Source: Terriglobia bacterium (GTDB lineage: Bacteria; Acidobacteriota; Terriglobia; 20CM-2-55-15). Taken from it: a stretch of DNA of 64,000 nt. The translations under genes were made by a program, and so were the position numbers. The notes under the pieces were generated by a model that was not told where the DNA came from, ran no database searches, and saw nothing but the letters and a program-made list of their open reading frames with translations. How positions within the stretch are numbered: the first letter of the stretch is position 1; each line of letters opens with the position of its first letter. Positions 19,351 to 29,682 of the stretch are shown here, piece after piece. The stretch spans positions 32,001 to 96,000 of the forward strand of contig CBDCLE010000011.1 of assembly GCA_965218585.1 (NCBI GenBank), in the 5' to 3' direction.

Positions 19351-19899
19351 TCAACCCTGGGTCCCGAAAACAAAATCCCACAGAGGAGAAGTGACCCCAA
19401 AATTCTTCGTGTCCTCGACGAAGTGATGACGGAAGTGCCGGATTCGATGATTCCTGAGGCCTAGTGTGGATCTGCTGGTGTGCACTCGGTAATGGACCCA
19501 CTCGTAATATAGAAAGCCAACCCAGACGCCAATAGCGATCCCCGCCGACGTCATCACGCTCCCGGTCAACCCGTAGGTGATCCCCAGGATTATCGCCGAC
19601 AGCGGCAGGGTCGTCCGCGCCCGTGCCAGGATGCACCGCGGATCGCGAGGGCGCCCATGATGAACGAGATGAAAACCCGAGACGATGCCCTCGAGTGTGG
19701 AGTTACGCGCCCGCCAGTGAAAAAAGAAGCGATGGAGCAGGTATTCGATCAGAGTCCAGAACAAGATGCCCATGGGAATCAGCAGGACGTAAGAAACGGA
19801 TGAACGTCCCGCCTCGCTCGCGCTCGCCAGAGAAATCAAGAACAGAGAAGCGGGTGGGTAGATCCAGAAGGAACTGAAACGCATCAGGCGAGCGGCCAT
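19351..19899 (-). CDS. Fatty acid hydroxylase / sterol desaturase family protein
   Basis: His boxes EYLLHRFFFH, HLVHH, YEWVHYRVH, HFRHHF; NFGVTSPLWDFVFGT. Confidence 0.9.
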   Translation of the reverse strand: MAARLMRFSSFWIYPPASLFLISLASASEAGRSSVSYVLLIPMGILFWTLIEYLLHRFFFHWRARNSTLEGIVSGFHLVHHGRPRDPRCILARARTTLPLSAIILGITYGLTGSVMTSAGIAIGVWVGFLYYEWVHYRVHTSRSTLGLRNHRIRHFRHHFVEDTKNFGVTSPLWDFVFGTQG

Positions 19900-19911
19900 C
19901 GTCCCTCGAGG

Positions 19912-20610
19912 TTAACCTGTTTCTTCTGGTTGAGGCATCCGCAACCGCCAGATTGCCAGAGCAGCCAGGACCGCATAGAGCACGCACCCCACGACGAGAG
20001 GCCATATCAGCCACGGAAAGACGGTAAAGAGTTCCATAGAGAGGTAGGACTGGATATAGCAGAGCGGGGCCATGCCGAAGAGCGTCCCGATCATCACGCT
20101 GGAATTAGAAATCGGCGTGAGGCCGGCGGCATAAGACACGATGTCGGACGAGGTAAGGGGGTTCACCCGCAGCAAGGCGACGCTCAGGATGCCGTGTTTC
20201 AGGATGAGCTTCTTAAGGTTCAGGAGTCGGCCTTCGGAAAAGAAGTCCCTCGTCCACGTGCGGCCGACAATCGTCCGCATGAGCCCGCAGCACACGCCGG
20301 CAGCGACCACATTACCGATCAGCGAGAACGTACCGCCCCAGAACCCACCGAATATCACCCCACCGGGAAGATAGAGAATGGCCCCCGGGATGGGAGCGAT
20401 GACGGTTTCGATGATTACGAGAAAGATGTAGGCAAGCGGCGCCATCGGCCCCCAGGCGCTGAAGAACGCCCGCATGGCTTCGACTTTGTCGGCCGAACTC
20501 GAACCCGAATCAAACAGAACCCCAATAACACCATCGGTCCAGTACGACCATCCGGCAAGCACAGCAAAGGCCAGGAGTATCGCTATCGCAATGAGACGTT
20601 CCTTGTTCAT
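19912..20610 (-). CDS. TVP38/TMEM64 (DedA/VTT) membrane protein
   Basis: APIPG....PGGVIFG, LRVNPL..SDIVSYAAGLT. Confidence 0.9.
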   Translation of the reverse strand: MNKERLIAIAILLAFAVLAGWSYWTDGVIGVLFDSGSSSADKVEAMRAFFSAWGPMAPLAYIFLVIIETVIAPIPGAILYLPGGVIFGGFWGGTFSLIGNVVAAGVCCGLMRTIVGRTWTRDFFSEGRLLNLKKLILKHGILSVALLRVNPLTSSDIVSYAAGLTPISNSSVMIGTLFGMAPLCYIQSYLSMELFTVFPWLIWPLVVGCVLYAVLAALAIWRLRMPQPEETG

Positions 20611-21350
20611 TATTGAAGGCCGCCTGGCGGCCGGTCCGAGGTGCCCAGAATGACACGGGCAGCTTGCTCGCTGGGCACGAAAGACTGCAACTCCTCAACT
20701 CTATCACCGCCAGGAGGAGGAATTCTTCCTGGATTAAACCAGACAGGACGGATGCCGGCTGACTGCGCTCCCAGGATGTCCACGTCCCAGGAATCGCCGA
20801 TCATGACCGCTTCTCCTGGTTCGGCACTACCTCTCTCCAGTGCCGCCTCAAATATCTCGGCCGCAGGCTTGGCAACCCCGACCTCCTCGGAGGTCACCAT
20901 GAAGTCAACGAGCTCCCTCAAGCCACACTCTTCCAACTTGGATTCCTGCTGGTTGATGAAGTTGTTTGTGACGATGCCGACTTTTCGGCTCTCTCCTATC
21001 GAGGCAAGGAGCTCGGCGGCGCCATCGAATGCCCGTCAGGCGGTCCGGTAGAGCTGGACGTGCCGCTGGGCAATCACAGTCAAGCGGTCCGGTTTGACGG
21101 TTTCACCACACCATTCGAACAGGTCACGGAGGCGTTCGATACGAGCCTGGATCGGAGTCAACAAACCAGCCAGCACCTTCGCATGGGTGCGGTTCAAGAT
21201 TTGGAACGCCGCCTCATCCAGGTCGGCAATCGACACCGCCCCGAGTGCGGGATGTTCCTTCTGGAGCGCAGCCAGAGCCGACCGGCTGGCACCCCGATGA
21301 TCGAACAGAGTCTGATCCAGGTCGAACAGAACAAGAGAAGGCCTTCCCAT
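20610..21350 (-). pseudogene. HAD-family hydrolase interrupted by an in-frame TGA at 21036-21038
   Basis: LFDLDQTL ... YRTA*RAFDGAAELL...GIVTNN ... SEEVGVAKP, MIGDSWDVDILGA all in one frame. Confidence 0.8.
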
Positions 21351-21426
21351 AAACTGATTATAGCGACGGGGGAACTACCTCGTTGCGCCTGCGGAAGAAA
21401 AATGCGACCCTCTTCGTCTATCGCTT

Positions 21427-22671
21427 ATGCCCCGAAAAGACTCCATTGACAACATCCGTAAATCGTTAGACCTGGCGAGCCAGGAACTGCGGATACTCCA
21501 TGAGATCAGCCAGTCGATCAGCTGTAATCTGGACCTGGACCAGGTACTTAACGAGATCATCGACCTCGTGGTCGATGTCACGCGCTGCGATTCCTGCCTG
21601 CTCTACCTCGTGGACGAATCTGAACCGTATCTTTTCCTGAGAGCCTCGAAGAACCCCCACCCCCGACTGATCGGACGGATCTCCCTCAAGGTTGGAGAGG
21701 GGATTACCGGATGGGTCGCCGAGAACGCAGAAGTCGTCGTGATCGACCGCAACGCGAGCAAGGATCCGCGCTTCAAGGTCTTTAACAATCTTCCTGAAGA
21801 CCGTTACGATGCATTTCTGTCGGTTCCGATAATCGTGCCTCCGGAACGTGTGATCGGCGTCATCAACGTACAGCACCGAAAGTCCCACCGGCACGCAGAT
21901 CGCGAGCGCATGGTGATGTCGATTATCGGCCATCAGGTGGGCGGGGCCATTGAAAATGCGCGTCTTTACGAAGAAACGAAGCGGCACAACATACAGCTCT
22001 CGACACTGTCTCAGGTCAGCCAGATTGCCGCTTCGGGTCAGTATCTGGACGAGATGCTCCAGCTGATCGTGAACATGCTGGGCGAGACGATGCCTGCCCG
22101 GGTCTGTTCCATCATGCTGGTGGATCAAAAGAAGAACGAACTCGTCCTGAAGGCCGCCAAGTGTTCGAGCCAGGATTACTGGCAAAAACCGAACCTGAAG
22201 ATCGGCAAGAGCTTGATATCCCGCGTGGTCAAACAGCGCAAACCGCTCATGGTCAAGGACGTCACAAAAGAAGCGGACTACCTTTACCCTGAGTTGGCGA
22301 AGAAGGAAGGAGTTCGCTCTCTTGTGTCCGTCCCGATGATCGCCAAGGGAAAGGTGATTGGCTTGGTCAACGTCTATTCCGACGAAGAACGCGTCTTTTC
22401 AGAAGACGACATGCGGGTCCTCTCAACGGTTTCCGGACAGGCTGCGCTGGCCATCGAAAACACAAATCTCGCAGTCAAGATCGAGGAGCGGGAGGCGGCC
22501 CTGGAAGCCAGAAAGGTCGTGGAGCGAGCCAAGAGCGTTCTCCAGCAACAACTGTCGCTCTCTGAGGATGAGGCTTACCGCAGGTTGCGGCAGCAAAGCA
22601 TGAAGACGCGGCGTACGATGCGAGAGATCGCAGAGGCGGTTATTCTTTCCAGCGAGGTGGCGTCAAACTGA
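21427..22671 (+). CDS. GAF-GAF-ANTAR domain RNA-binding regulator
   Basis: Two GAF domains (GEGITGWVA; SLVSVPM); C-terminal ARKVVERAK..L...LSEDEAYRRLRQQSM..RR.MREIAE. Confidence 0.9.
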   Translation: MPRKDSIDNIRKSLDLASQELRILHEISQSISCNLDLDQVLNEIIDLVVDVTRCDSCLLYLVDESEPYLFLRASKNPHPRLIGRISLKVGEGITGWVAENAEVVVIDRNASKDPRFKVFNNLPEDRYDAFLSVPIIVPPERVIGVINVQHRKSHRHADRERMVMSIIGHQVGGAIENARLYEETKRHNIQLSTLSQVSQIAASGQYLDEMLQLIVNMLGETMPARVCSIMLVDQKKNELVLKAAKCSSQDYWQKPNLKIGKSLISRVVKQRKPLMVKDVTKEADYLYPELAKKEGVRSLVSVPMIAKGKVIGLVNVYSDEERVFSEDDMRVLSTVSGQAALAIENTNLAVKIEEREAALEARKVVERAKSVLQQQLSLSEDEAYRRLRQQSMKTRRTMREIAEAVILSSEVASN

Positions 22672-22962
22672 ATCGGGGCGGGCGGTCGCTCCGGTAAGGT
22701 TCTGAAGCTCTTCTTCGTAGTACTTTCGATAGAGAATGTCCCACTCCTCGCTCCCTTGAGGGATCGGACGACTCTGTGATTCGATCTTCTGGCGGGCGAC
22801 CTGGTTCATCTCATCTTCTTTCTTCAGCCACTTGGTGAGAACCTCCAGGGCGGCCAGGCGTATGGTGTTCCGGTCTTCCCTGAAGGTCACCTCGTCGATT
22901 TCAGCGAGCGTGTCGGCAACACAATGCGAGAGGACGTTGATCTTGTCCCGCGAAAATCTCAC
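22663..22962 (-). CDS. DUF507 family protein
   Basis: MRFSRDKINVLSH ... ARQKIESQSR.I.QGSEEWDILYRKYYEEE. Confidence 0.8.
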   Translation of the reverse strand: MRFSRDKINVLSHCVADTLAEIDEVTFREDRNTIRLAALEVLTKWLKKEDEMNQVARQKIESQSRPIPQGSEEWDILYRKYYEEELQNLTGATARPDSV

Positions 22963-23237
22963 AGAATTACCTTTCTTTCCCGCACAAGCTTCTTCTTGAT
23001 GAGCTTGAACATCTCCTGATACGAAGCGCCGCTTTCCCGTATTTGATTGCCGTATTCGTTCAGGAGTGTACGCACCTCGTCATTGATGCGATCTTCGAGC
23101 GTGATTTCTTCGTTCAAAACTTCAAAAATGGCGTCTGTTATCGAAAACTCCTTCGGGAGTTCGATGACCTCACGCTCAACGAGTTCTTCAGAGACCTTTT
23201 CGGCCAGGAGTTCGACGAATTCAGTTCGAAGTGCCAT
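22959..23237 (-). CDS. DUF507 family protein
   Basis: EDRINDEVR.LL ... SYQEMFK.IKKKL.RERKVIL; 4-bp overlap with the next gene. Confidence 0.8.
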   Translation of the reverse strand: MALRTEFVELLAEKVSEELVEREVIELPKEFSITDAIFEVLNEEITLEDRINDEVRTLLNEYGNQIRESGASYQEMFKLIKKKLVRERKVIL

Positions 23238-23333
23238 ACGGTAGTTAGGAACCTACAAACGAGTGCAATTGACTAATGTCCCACAACTGGATTTCTTTTT
23301 CAACCGGCAGTCCTGTCGGTGACAAACTCAAGG

Positions 23334-23383
23334 TGTGAAGGATGTCCTGGCGCAAACTGTAAAGGAACTACTGGCGCTTGACA
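23334..23383 (+). mobile_element. Orphan IS end, IS481-like
   Basis: Two 20-nt imperfect direct repeats (TGTGAAGGATGTCCTGGCGC / TGTAAAGGAACTACTGGCGC) ending in ...TTGACA; abuts a truncated REP. Confidence 0.5.
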
Positions 23384-23431
23384 CTATGACCGCACAACTG
23401 ATGAATTCGTGCGCTCCGAGAGCGCACCTAC
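23384..23431. repeat. Inverted REP doublet (REPIN-like), left REP truncated
   Basis: CTATGACCGCAC (3' half of the REP on +), 13-bp spacer, then a full REP on - (GTAG-GTGCGCTC-TCG-GAGCGCAC). Confidence 0.7.
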
Positions 23432-23460
23432 AGTCGGAGTGGGGAAGACAAGTTCGAACG

Positions 23461-24756
23461 TCACGCGACGCCTTCCCGAGGGCTGACACGTCCCGGCAGA
23501 ATGTCGGTCTCGCCCTCGGTTCGAGCGATGATCACCGCACCACAGGAGTCGCTGAAGACGTTTATGGAGGTTCGGATCATGTCCAGAATCCGATCCGTGA
23601 CCAGGATTAATCCCACGGCCTCGACCGGCAGTCCAATTGTTGAAAGGATGATGGTTATCGCGACGAGGCTGGCGGCAGGGATTCCCGCGACGCCGATCGA
23701 GGTGATCAGGGCGACAAAGACCACCGTGAACTGATCGACAAGCCCGAGCTGGAGGCCGTAGGCCTGGGCCAGGAACATGGCGGCCACGCATTCATAGAGC
23801 GCCGTCCCATCCATGTTCACCGTCGCACCCAACGGCAGAACAAAACTGGTCGTGCGGTTGGAGACGCCGGCATTCTTTTCGACGCACTCCATCGTAAGCG
23901 GCAGCGTGGCCGAAGAGGACGCGGTAGAAAACGCCGTCAGCATGGCCGGGGACATCGCGCGGTAGTGCCGCCACGGGTTGACACCGGCGATGAGCCAGAG
24001 GAGCAGTGGAAGAGTGATCAACGCATGTCCCAGAAGGCTGAGGAGTGCCGTGAAAAAGAATGCCAGCAGGGGCACGAACGCATCGAAACCCGTTTGTGTG
24101 ACTTCGGCCGCAACGAGCCCGAACACGCCTATTGGTGTGAATCGCATGACCCACATCGTGATGCGCATCATCGTTTCGAAGACGCCGTTGGCAAACCCCT
24201 GCATCGTTGCTGCAAATTCACTGGGGATCAAGTTCAGGAAGTAGCCGAAAAGGATGCTGAAGAATATGAGGCCCAGCATCTCGCCGTCGGCCGCCGCCCC
24301 GACGATATTGATCGGAATCATCCGAAGAAAGAGTTCCGCAAGATCCCCGGTTCCCCGGCCCTCCACCTGGGCCACGATCTCCGCTGTATTTTCCTCCAGA
24401 CCCAGAATTTCTCCTGCAGGTTGCCCGTCGACGATTCCTGGCGCCACCAGATTCACGAGCAGTAACCCAAAGAAAATTGCCAGCAGGCTCGAGGCAATGT
24501 AGTAGGAGGCAGTTTTAAGGCCGAGCCGTCCCAGATCGCTTCCCGAACCCAGTCCGGCCACGCCGCTGATGATGGACGACATGATGAGGGGCACGATCAG
24601 CATCCGCAGGGCATTCAGGAACATCGTTCCCATGAAGTCGTAAACACCGGTGACGGTTACGCCCAGAAAGGCCGTTTCGGGAGTTGTCAGAAGTCCGGCC
24701 AAAATAGCCAGGAAGATCGCGATCAGAATCTGCCAGTGCAGCTTGAGTTTGCCCAC
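23461..24756 (-). CDS. Dicarboxylate/amino acid:cation symporter (GltP/DAACS)
   Basis: FLNALRMLIVPL, AFSTASSSATLP, PLGATVNMDGTALYE, GVAGIP, DRILDMIRTSINV. Confidence 0.95.
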   Translation of the reverse strand: MGKLKLHWQILIAIFLAILAGLLTTPETAFLGVTVTGVYDFMGTMFLNALRMLIVPLIMSSIISGVAGLGSGSDLGRLGLKTASYYIASSLLAIFFGLLLVNLVAPGIVDGQPAGEILGLEENTAEIVAQVEGRGTGDLAELFLRMIPINIVGAAADGEMLGLIFFSILFGYFLNLIPSEFAATMQGFANGVFETMMRITMWVMRFTPIGVFGLVAAEVTQTGFDAFVPLLAFFFTALLSLLGHALITLPLLLWLIAGVNPWRHYRAMSPAMLTAFSTASSSATLPLTMECVEKNAGVSNRTTSFVLPLGATVNMDGTALYECVAAMFLAQAYGLQLGLVDQFTVVFVALITSIGVAGIPAASLVAITIILSTIGLPVEAVGLILVTDRILDMIRTSINVFSDSCGAVIIARTEGETDILPGRVSPREGVA

Positions 24757-24804
24757 GCTAACGGTATCTCCCGAATTCAGTTTCTTTGAGAAGAGGGTTG
24801 GATC

Positions 24805-26738
24805 TTATAGGAGATGCAGTGATGGGTCAATCTGCGCCTGAAGGCGTGGGGCCTCTCTATTTCGGTCCAGGAGCTCTCTCACTTTTTGGGCGAGAGTCTC
24901 CCGGCGGAAAGGTTTTTCAAGCAGCTGGACGTCAGGGTCCAGGCGACCCTGATGCACGATGGCGTTTTCGCTATAGCCGGACGAAAAAAGCACCGGGACA
25001 TCCGGCCAGACCTCACCGAGGCGACTTGCCAGATCCCTGCCTGTGATACCTCCGGGCAAGACGACGTCGGTCAGAATCAGATCCACTTTTTCAAGGTGTT
25101 CCGCAGCGCTCAACGTCGAAGGGCCATCATGGAAACTGACGACTTCATAGCCGAGCGTGCGCAGGGACAGACCGAGGAACTCTCTGACTTCCGCGTCGTC
25201 TTCGACCACGAGAATGCGTTCGCTACCTGACGGCATAAACCCCGGTTCTCTGGAGACTCTCCGTTGCGCTTCGTCCTCCCCCGACAGGGAGCGGGGCAGG
25301 TAAAGCTTTACGGTCGTGCCCGTCCCTACTTCAGAATAGATCGAAACATGCCCGCCGGATTGTTTTACAAACCCATACACCATACTGAGGCCGAGGCCGC
25401 TTCCTTTTCCCGGCCCTTTAGTCGTAAAAAAAGGTTCGAATGCCTGGGTCGCGATGTCGGGAGGCATTCCAAGTCCTGTGTCACTGACAGCCACCATGAC
25501 GTATTGGCCAGGTTTCACGTCTTCGCGAGATTCGGCGTAGTCGCTGCCGAGCCGAACGTTGGCGGTCTCTATCGTCAACTTGCCGCCCGAGGGCATGGCG
25601 TCTCTGGCGTTGAGCGCCAGGTTCAGGATAGAGTTTTCGAGTTGGTTCTCGTCAACCACTGCGGTCCAGAGCCCACCGGCACGCACGGCCTCTAGTTTGA
25701 CGTCTTCGCCCAAAGTCCGCTGGAGCAAGGAGGCTGTGCTGGAGAGAAGCTCGTTCAGGTCCAGGGATTTGGGCTTGAGCGCCTGTTTTCGTGAAAAGGC
25801 AAGCAACTGGCGGGTCAGGTCGGCAGCCCGATTCGATGCTCTCAAGCCCGCTTCGATGAAACGCGTGTCGGTATCGTGGCCTTTGCGCGAATCCTTGAGG
25901 AGATCGAGATAGCCGATGATGCTTGTCAGAATGTTGTTGAAGTCGTGAGCAACGCCGCCTGTCATTTGCCCGACCACTTCCATCTTTTGAGCCTGCTGCA
26001 GCTCGGCTTCTCTCCCCTTCCGTTCCTGAATGTTCCGGACCGATCCTACGACAAGGCGTGTCAGCCCGATCGAGACCTCATCGAAGGCAGTTTCCAGTTG
26101 CAGGGGTCTTCCGTCATTGTGCCGGCCCTCGTGCTCTCTATACCCATGGCCGATCGGCGTCTCTGCCGAACCGCCGGGAACATTACCGGCCATCCCTCTC
26201 CGCAAGCGAAGCGTCGGCATGAGCAAAGACACCGGTCTTCCGATGAGTTCATCCTGGAGATATCTGAATATGTCTTCGATGGCCTTGTTGGCCGACTCGA
26301 TTCGATCCAATTCGTCGACGGTCAGGATGCCATCCGAAGTACTCTCTGTGACCGCCCGTAAACGGATCTCATTCTCTCTGATTTCCTGTTCGGCGTTTAC
26401 CCGGTCAGTGACGTCTTGAATGGTCCCGCGGACCCGAATCGGGTGGCCGGCTTCATCGTAGATAATTTCAGCGCGGTCTTCCGCGATCCGAACTGAGCCG
26501 TCAGGTAAGAGTATCCTGCAGTCGAAGGAGTAGGACGGAGCCCGGTTGGCAAGAGCGGCTGTCATTCGCTCATGAGCGCGCTCGCGATCTTCCGGATGGA
26601 CCTTTTCGAAAAAAGCTTCCCGGCTGGGAGAGATCTCGTTGACTTCAAAGCCCAGAATGCGGAAGAGTTCGCCCGACCAGGACACCAAATCCTCTGCAAA
26701 ATCGTGCTCCCAGTTACCGATATATGCAATGCGTTGGG
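24805..26738 (-). pseudogene. PAS-PAS-histidine kinase-receiver hybrid sensor, C-terminal part (split by IS21)
   Basis: QAQKMEVVGQMTGGVAHDFNN, LNLALNARDAM, FEPFFTTK..GKGSGLGL, receiver ILVVEDD/LTDVVLP; rejoins 29133..29621 in frame. Confidence 0.9.
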
Positions 26739-26846
26739 TTGTTGATTTGCACCCAAAACTGATCCACTTAAAGCGGGTATTTGCATCGAAATTTGACCCA
26801 CGTGTATACCCATTCCTGCCGATTAACAGAGCAGGAGGGCAAAGGA

Positions 26847-28296
26847 GTGATAGACGTGGCGATATTGAGTGTGATCAGACGCTGGCATGTACGAGAGGGC
26901 GTATCGATTCGAGAGATCAGCAGGCGAACGAAGCTGTCGCGCAATACGATCCGGAAGCACTTGGCGAGCGGCGCTCTGGAGGCGGTCTATCCGAAGCGCA
27001 GGAGCCGGAGCAAAGTGGACGGCTACGCCGAGTTGCTGGCGTCGTGGCTGAAGCGGGAATCGGCCCGGGGTCGCAAGGAGCTGCGTAATCTCAAGCAGCT
27101 GCACGGCGAGTTGATGAAGCTTGGCTACACGGGGTCCTATGACCGTGGTGTTTGCGCCCGGCGAAGCGTTCCAGTTCGACTGGAGCGAGGACTGGGTGGT
27201 CATCGGCGGTGAACGCACGAAGCTGATGGTGGCGCAGTTCAAACTCTGCCACAGCCGGGCGTTCATGCTGCGGGCTTATCCGCTACAGTCCCACGAGATG
27301 CTGTTCGACGCCCACAACTATTGTCTGGCGGCGTTGGGCGGTGTGCCCCGGCGGGGCATCTACGACAACATGAAGACAGCGGTGGACCGAGTGGGCCGAG
27401 GGAAGGCCCGGGTGGTCAACGCCCGGTTCAAGGCGATGGTGAGCCATTTCCTGTTCGAAGCGGAGTTCTGCACGCCTGGCGCCGGATGGGAGAAAGGCCA
27501 GATCGAGAAGAACGTCCGGGACGCGCGGCCCCGTCTGTTCCATGACGCGCCTGAGTTTGCTGGCTTCCGTGACGTGAACGTGTGGCTTGAGCGGCGATGC
27601 CGGGGTCTCTGGGACGAGATCCATCACCCGGAGCAGCCCCAGCGTACAGTCGCCGAGGTCTGGGCCGATGAGCACGCGCATCTGATGCGCATGCCGACGC
27701 CGTTCGATGGCTTTGTCGAGCACACCAAGCGTGTTTCTCCGGCCTGCCTTATCGCCTTCGCGCGTAATCGCTACAGCGTGCCGGCCGCGTTTGCCAACCG
27801 GCCGGTCAGTGTCCGCGTCTACGCCGAACGCATCGTGATTGCCGCCGAAGGCCAGGTCATCGCTGAGCATCCGCGGGTGATCGCGCGCGGGCGCGACTGC
27901 CGGTCAGGGCGAACCGTCTACGACTGGCGCCACTACCTGAGCGTCCTCCAACGAAAACCGGGCGCGTTGAGGAACGGCGCTCCCTTCGCCGAGCTTCCCC
28001 AACCTTTCAAGCGCCTCCAGGCGGCGCGGCTCAAGCGACCTGGCGGGGACCGGGAGATGGTGGAGATCCTGGCGCTGGTGCTGCACCACGATGAGCCGGC
28101 GGTGCTGCGTGCCGCCGAGATCGCACTCGCAGCCGGGGCCGCCTCCAAGCAACATGTGCTCAATATCCTGAGCCGGTTACTGGAAGCCTCGCCGCCCAGC
28201 CTCATCGATATACCCGATGCGTTGACACTGCTCAATGAACCGAAGGCCGATGTTCATCGCTACGACCGCTTGAGAGGAGATGGCCATGTCATCTGA
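26847..28296 (+). pseudogene. istA: IS21 transposase IstA, frameshifted near 27145 (apparent internal deletion)
   Basis: N-terminal HTH (SIREISRRTKLSRNTIRK...YTGSYDR) jumps frame directly to VFAPGEAFQFDW, YDNMKTAV, GWEKGQIE. Confidence 0.85.
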
Positions 28297-29059
28297 ATCT
28301 CTGGTCAGCGCGCTGAGGTCGCTCAAACTCCATGGCATGGCGCAAGCGGTCGATGAACTCGCGCGGCAAGGCGCTCCGGCTTTCTCAAACATAGAGCCCA
28401 TGCTCCACACCTTAACCGAGGCCGAGGTCGCCGAGCGCGAGGTCCGCTCCATCAACTACCAGATGAGGACCGCCCGCTTCCCAGCCTATCGCGACCTCTC
28501 CAACTTCGACTTCAATGAAAGCCCCGTTGATGAGGCACTGCTCAGCTCACTGTATCGATGTGACTTCGTCGCCGACGCTCACAACATCGTGATGATCGGC
28601 GGACCGGGCACCGGCAAGACCCATCTCGCCACGGCCGTCGGCGTGCAGGCCATCACTCACCATCGCCTCAGAGTCCGGTTCTTCTCCACTATCGAACTCG
28701 TCAACACGCTGGAACAGGAGAAAGCCAAGGGTAAGACTGGGCAGATCGCCAACCGGCTCCTGCAAGTCGATTTGGTCATTCTCGATGAACTCGGCTATCT
28801 GCCGTTCTCGCAGGCCGGCGGCGCCTTGCTGTTCCACCTGCTGAGCAAACTCTACGAGCGCACCCGCAGGGTCCTCACCACCAACCTTGCCTTCGGTGAA
28901 TGGCCCCGGGTCTTCAACGACACGAAGATGACCGCCGCGCTGCTCGACCGCCTCACCCACCATTGCCACATCGTCGAAACCGGCAATGACAGTTACCGTT
29001 TTAGAAACAGTTCCACACACACAAAGGAGACTAAACCCCGGAAAAACCCCAACCCATGA
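28286..29059 (+). CDS. istB: IS21 helper ATPase IstB
   Basis: [35 protein letters not shown]. Confidence 0.95.
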   Translation: MSSESLVSALRSLKLHGMAQAVDELARQGAPAFSNIEPMLHTLTEAEVAEREVRSINYQMRTARFPAYRDLSNFDFNESPVDEALLSSLYRCDFVADAHNIVMIGGPGTGKTHLATAVGVQAITHHRLRVRFFSTIELVNTLEQEKAKGKTGQIANRLLQVDLVILDELGYLPFSQAGGALLFHLLSKLYERTRRVLTTNLAFGEWPRVFNDTKMTAALLDRLTHHCHIVETGNDSYRFRNSSTHTKETKPRKNPNP

Positions 29060-29132
29060 GCCATAATCCGGCTCTCTAACCCGGGTCAATTTTCAATGCA
29101 AAACCCGGATCACTTTTCCGTGCAAATTAACA

Positions 29133-29621
29133 GCGTTGGGCGTTATCAAGGATGGCGGTCTTCGACTGGAGAGAATCTGCCAATTGTTTCTCGGTCGCTT
29201 GGTATTCCCGTACTCGCGTTGTGGCGCTATCGAGTTCTCCGGAGAGCCCGAAAAATCTCCGGCTGACCGACAGGATTCCGAAAGCGATGCTCCCCACCGA
29301 AAAGAGCGTCACGACCCACCGGGCGTTGAGGTGAAGGTCTTCCATCATTGTCATGGCACGGACAGGGCCGATGACCAGAGGAGCAGCGTGCATCACGGCA
29401 AGATCGATCAGGTAGAAGATACCGACGACGAAAAGCCCGAAGGAGACCGCAACCAGCCCCGTACCGCCTCCAAATGCGGCGATCCGGCGCCGATAGCAGA
29501 ACAGCCAATAGAGTGCCGCCGACACGATTCCGACGATCAGAACGTCGAAGGCGGGGCAGTATATCAGGGGCTGAGATATATCAAACAGCTCCTCGATTAA
29601 GACCAAGCCAAAACAGGCCAT
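29133..29621 (-). pseudogene. N-terminal membrane part of the IS21-split hybrid kinase
   Basis: Three or more TM helices ending ILDNAQR; removing the IS gives AQRIAYIGNWE, a canonical PAS start. Confidence 0.85.
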
Positions 29622-29682
29622 TGTGCCTACGTCCAGTGATAGGATGAGTCAGACCGAAGCCCCTATTGTTTGAATCGTTGGC

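Larger units (their letters stand above)
26740..29132 (+). mobile_element. IS21 family insertion sequence
   Basis: TGTTGATTTGCACCCAAAACTGATCC / TGTTAATTTGCACGGAAAAGTGATCC terminal IRs with internal repeats; GCGTTGGG duplicated at 26731-26738 and 29133-29140; istA and istB. Confidence 0.95.

Noticed and set aside
21036-21038. Selenocysteine codon in the HAD hydrolase
   Set aside because: Not a catalytic or Cys-type position, and no convincing SECIS; nonsense change or error is more likely
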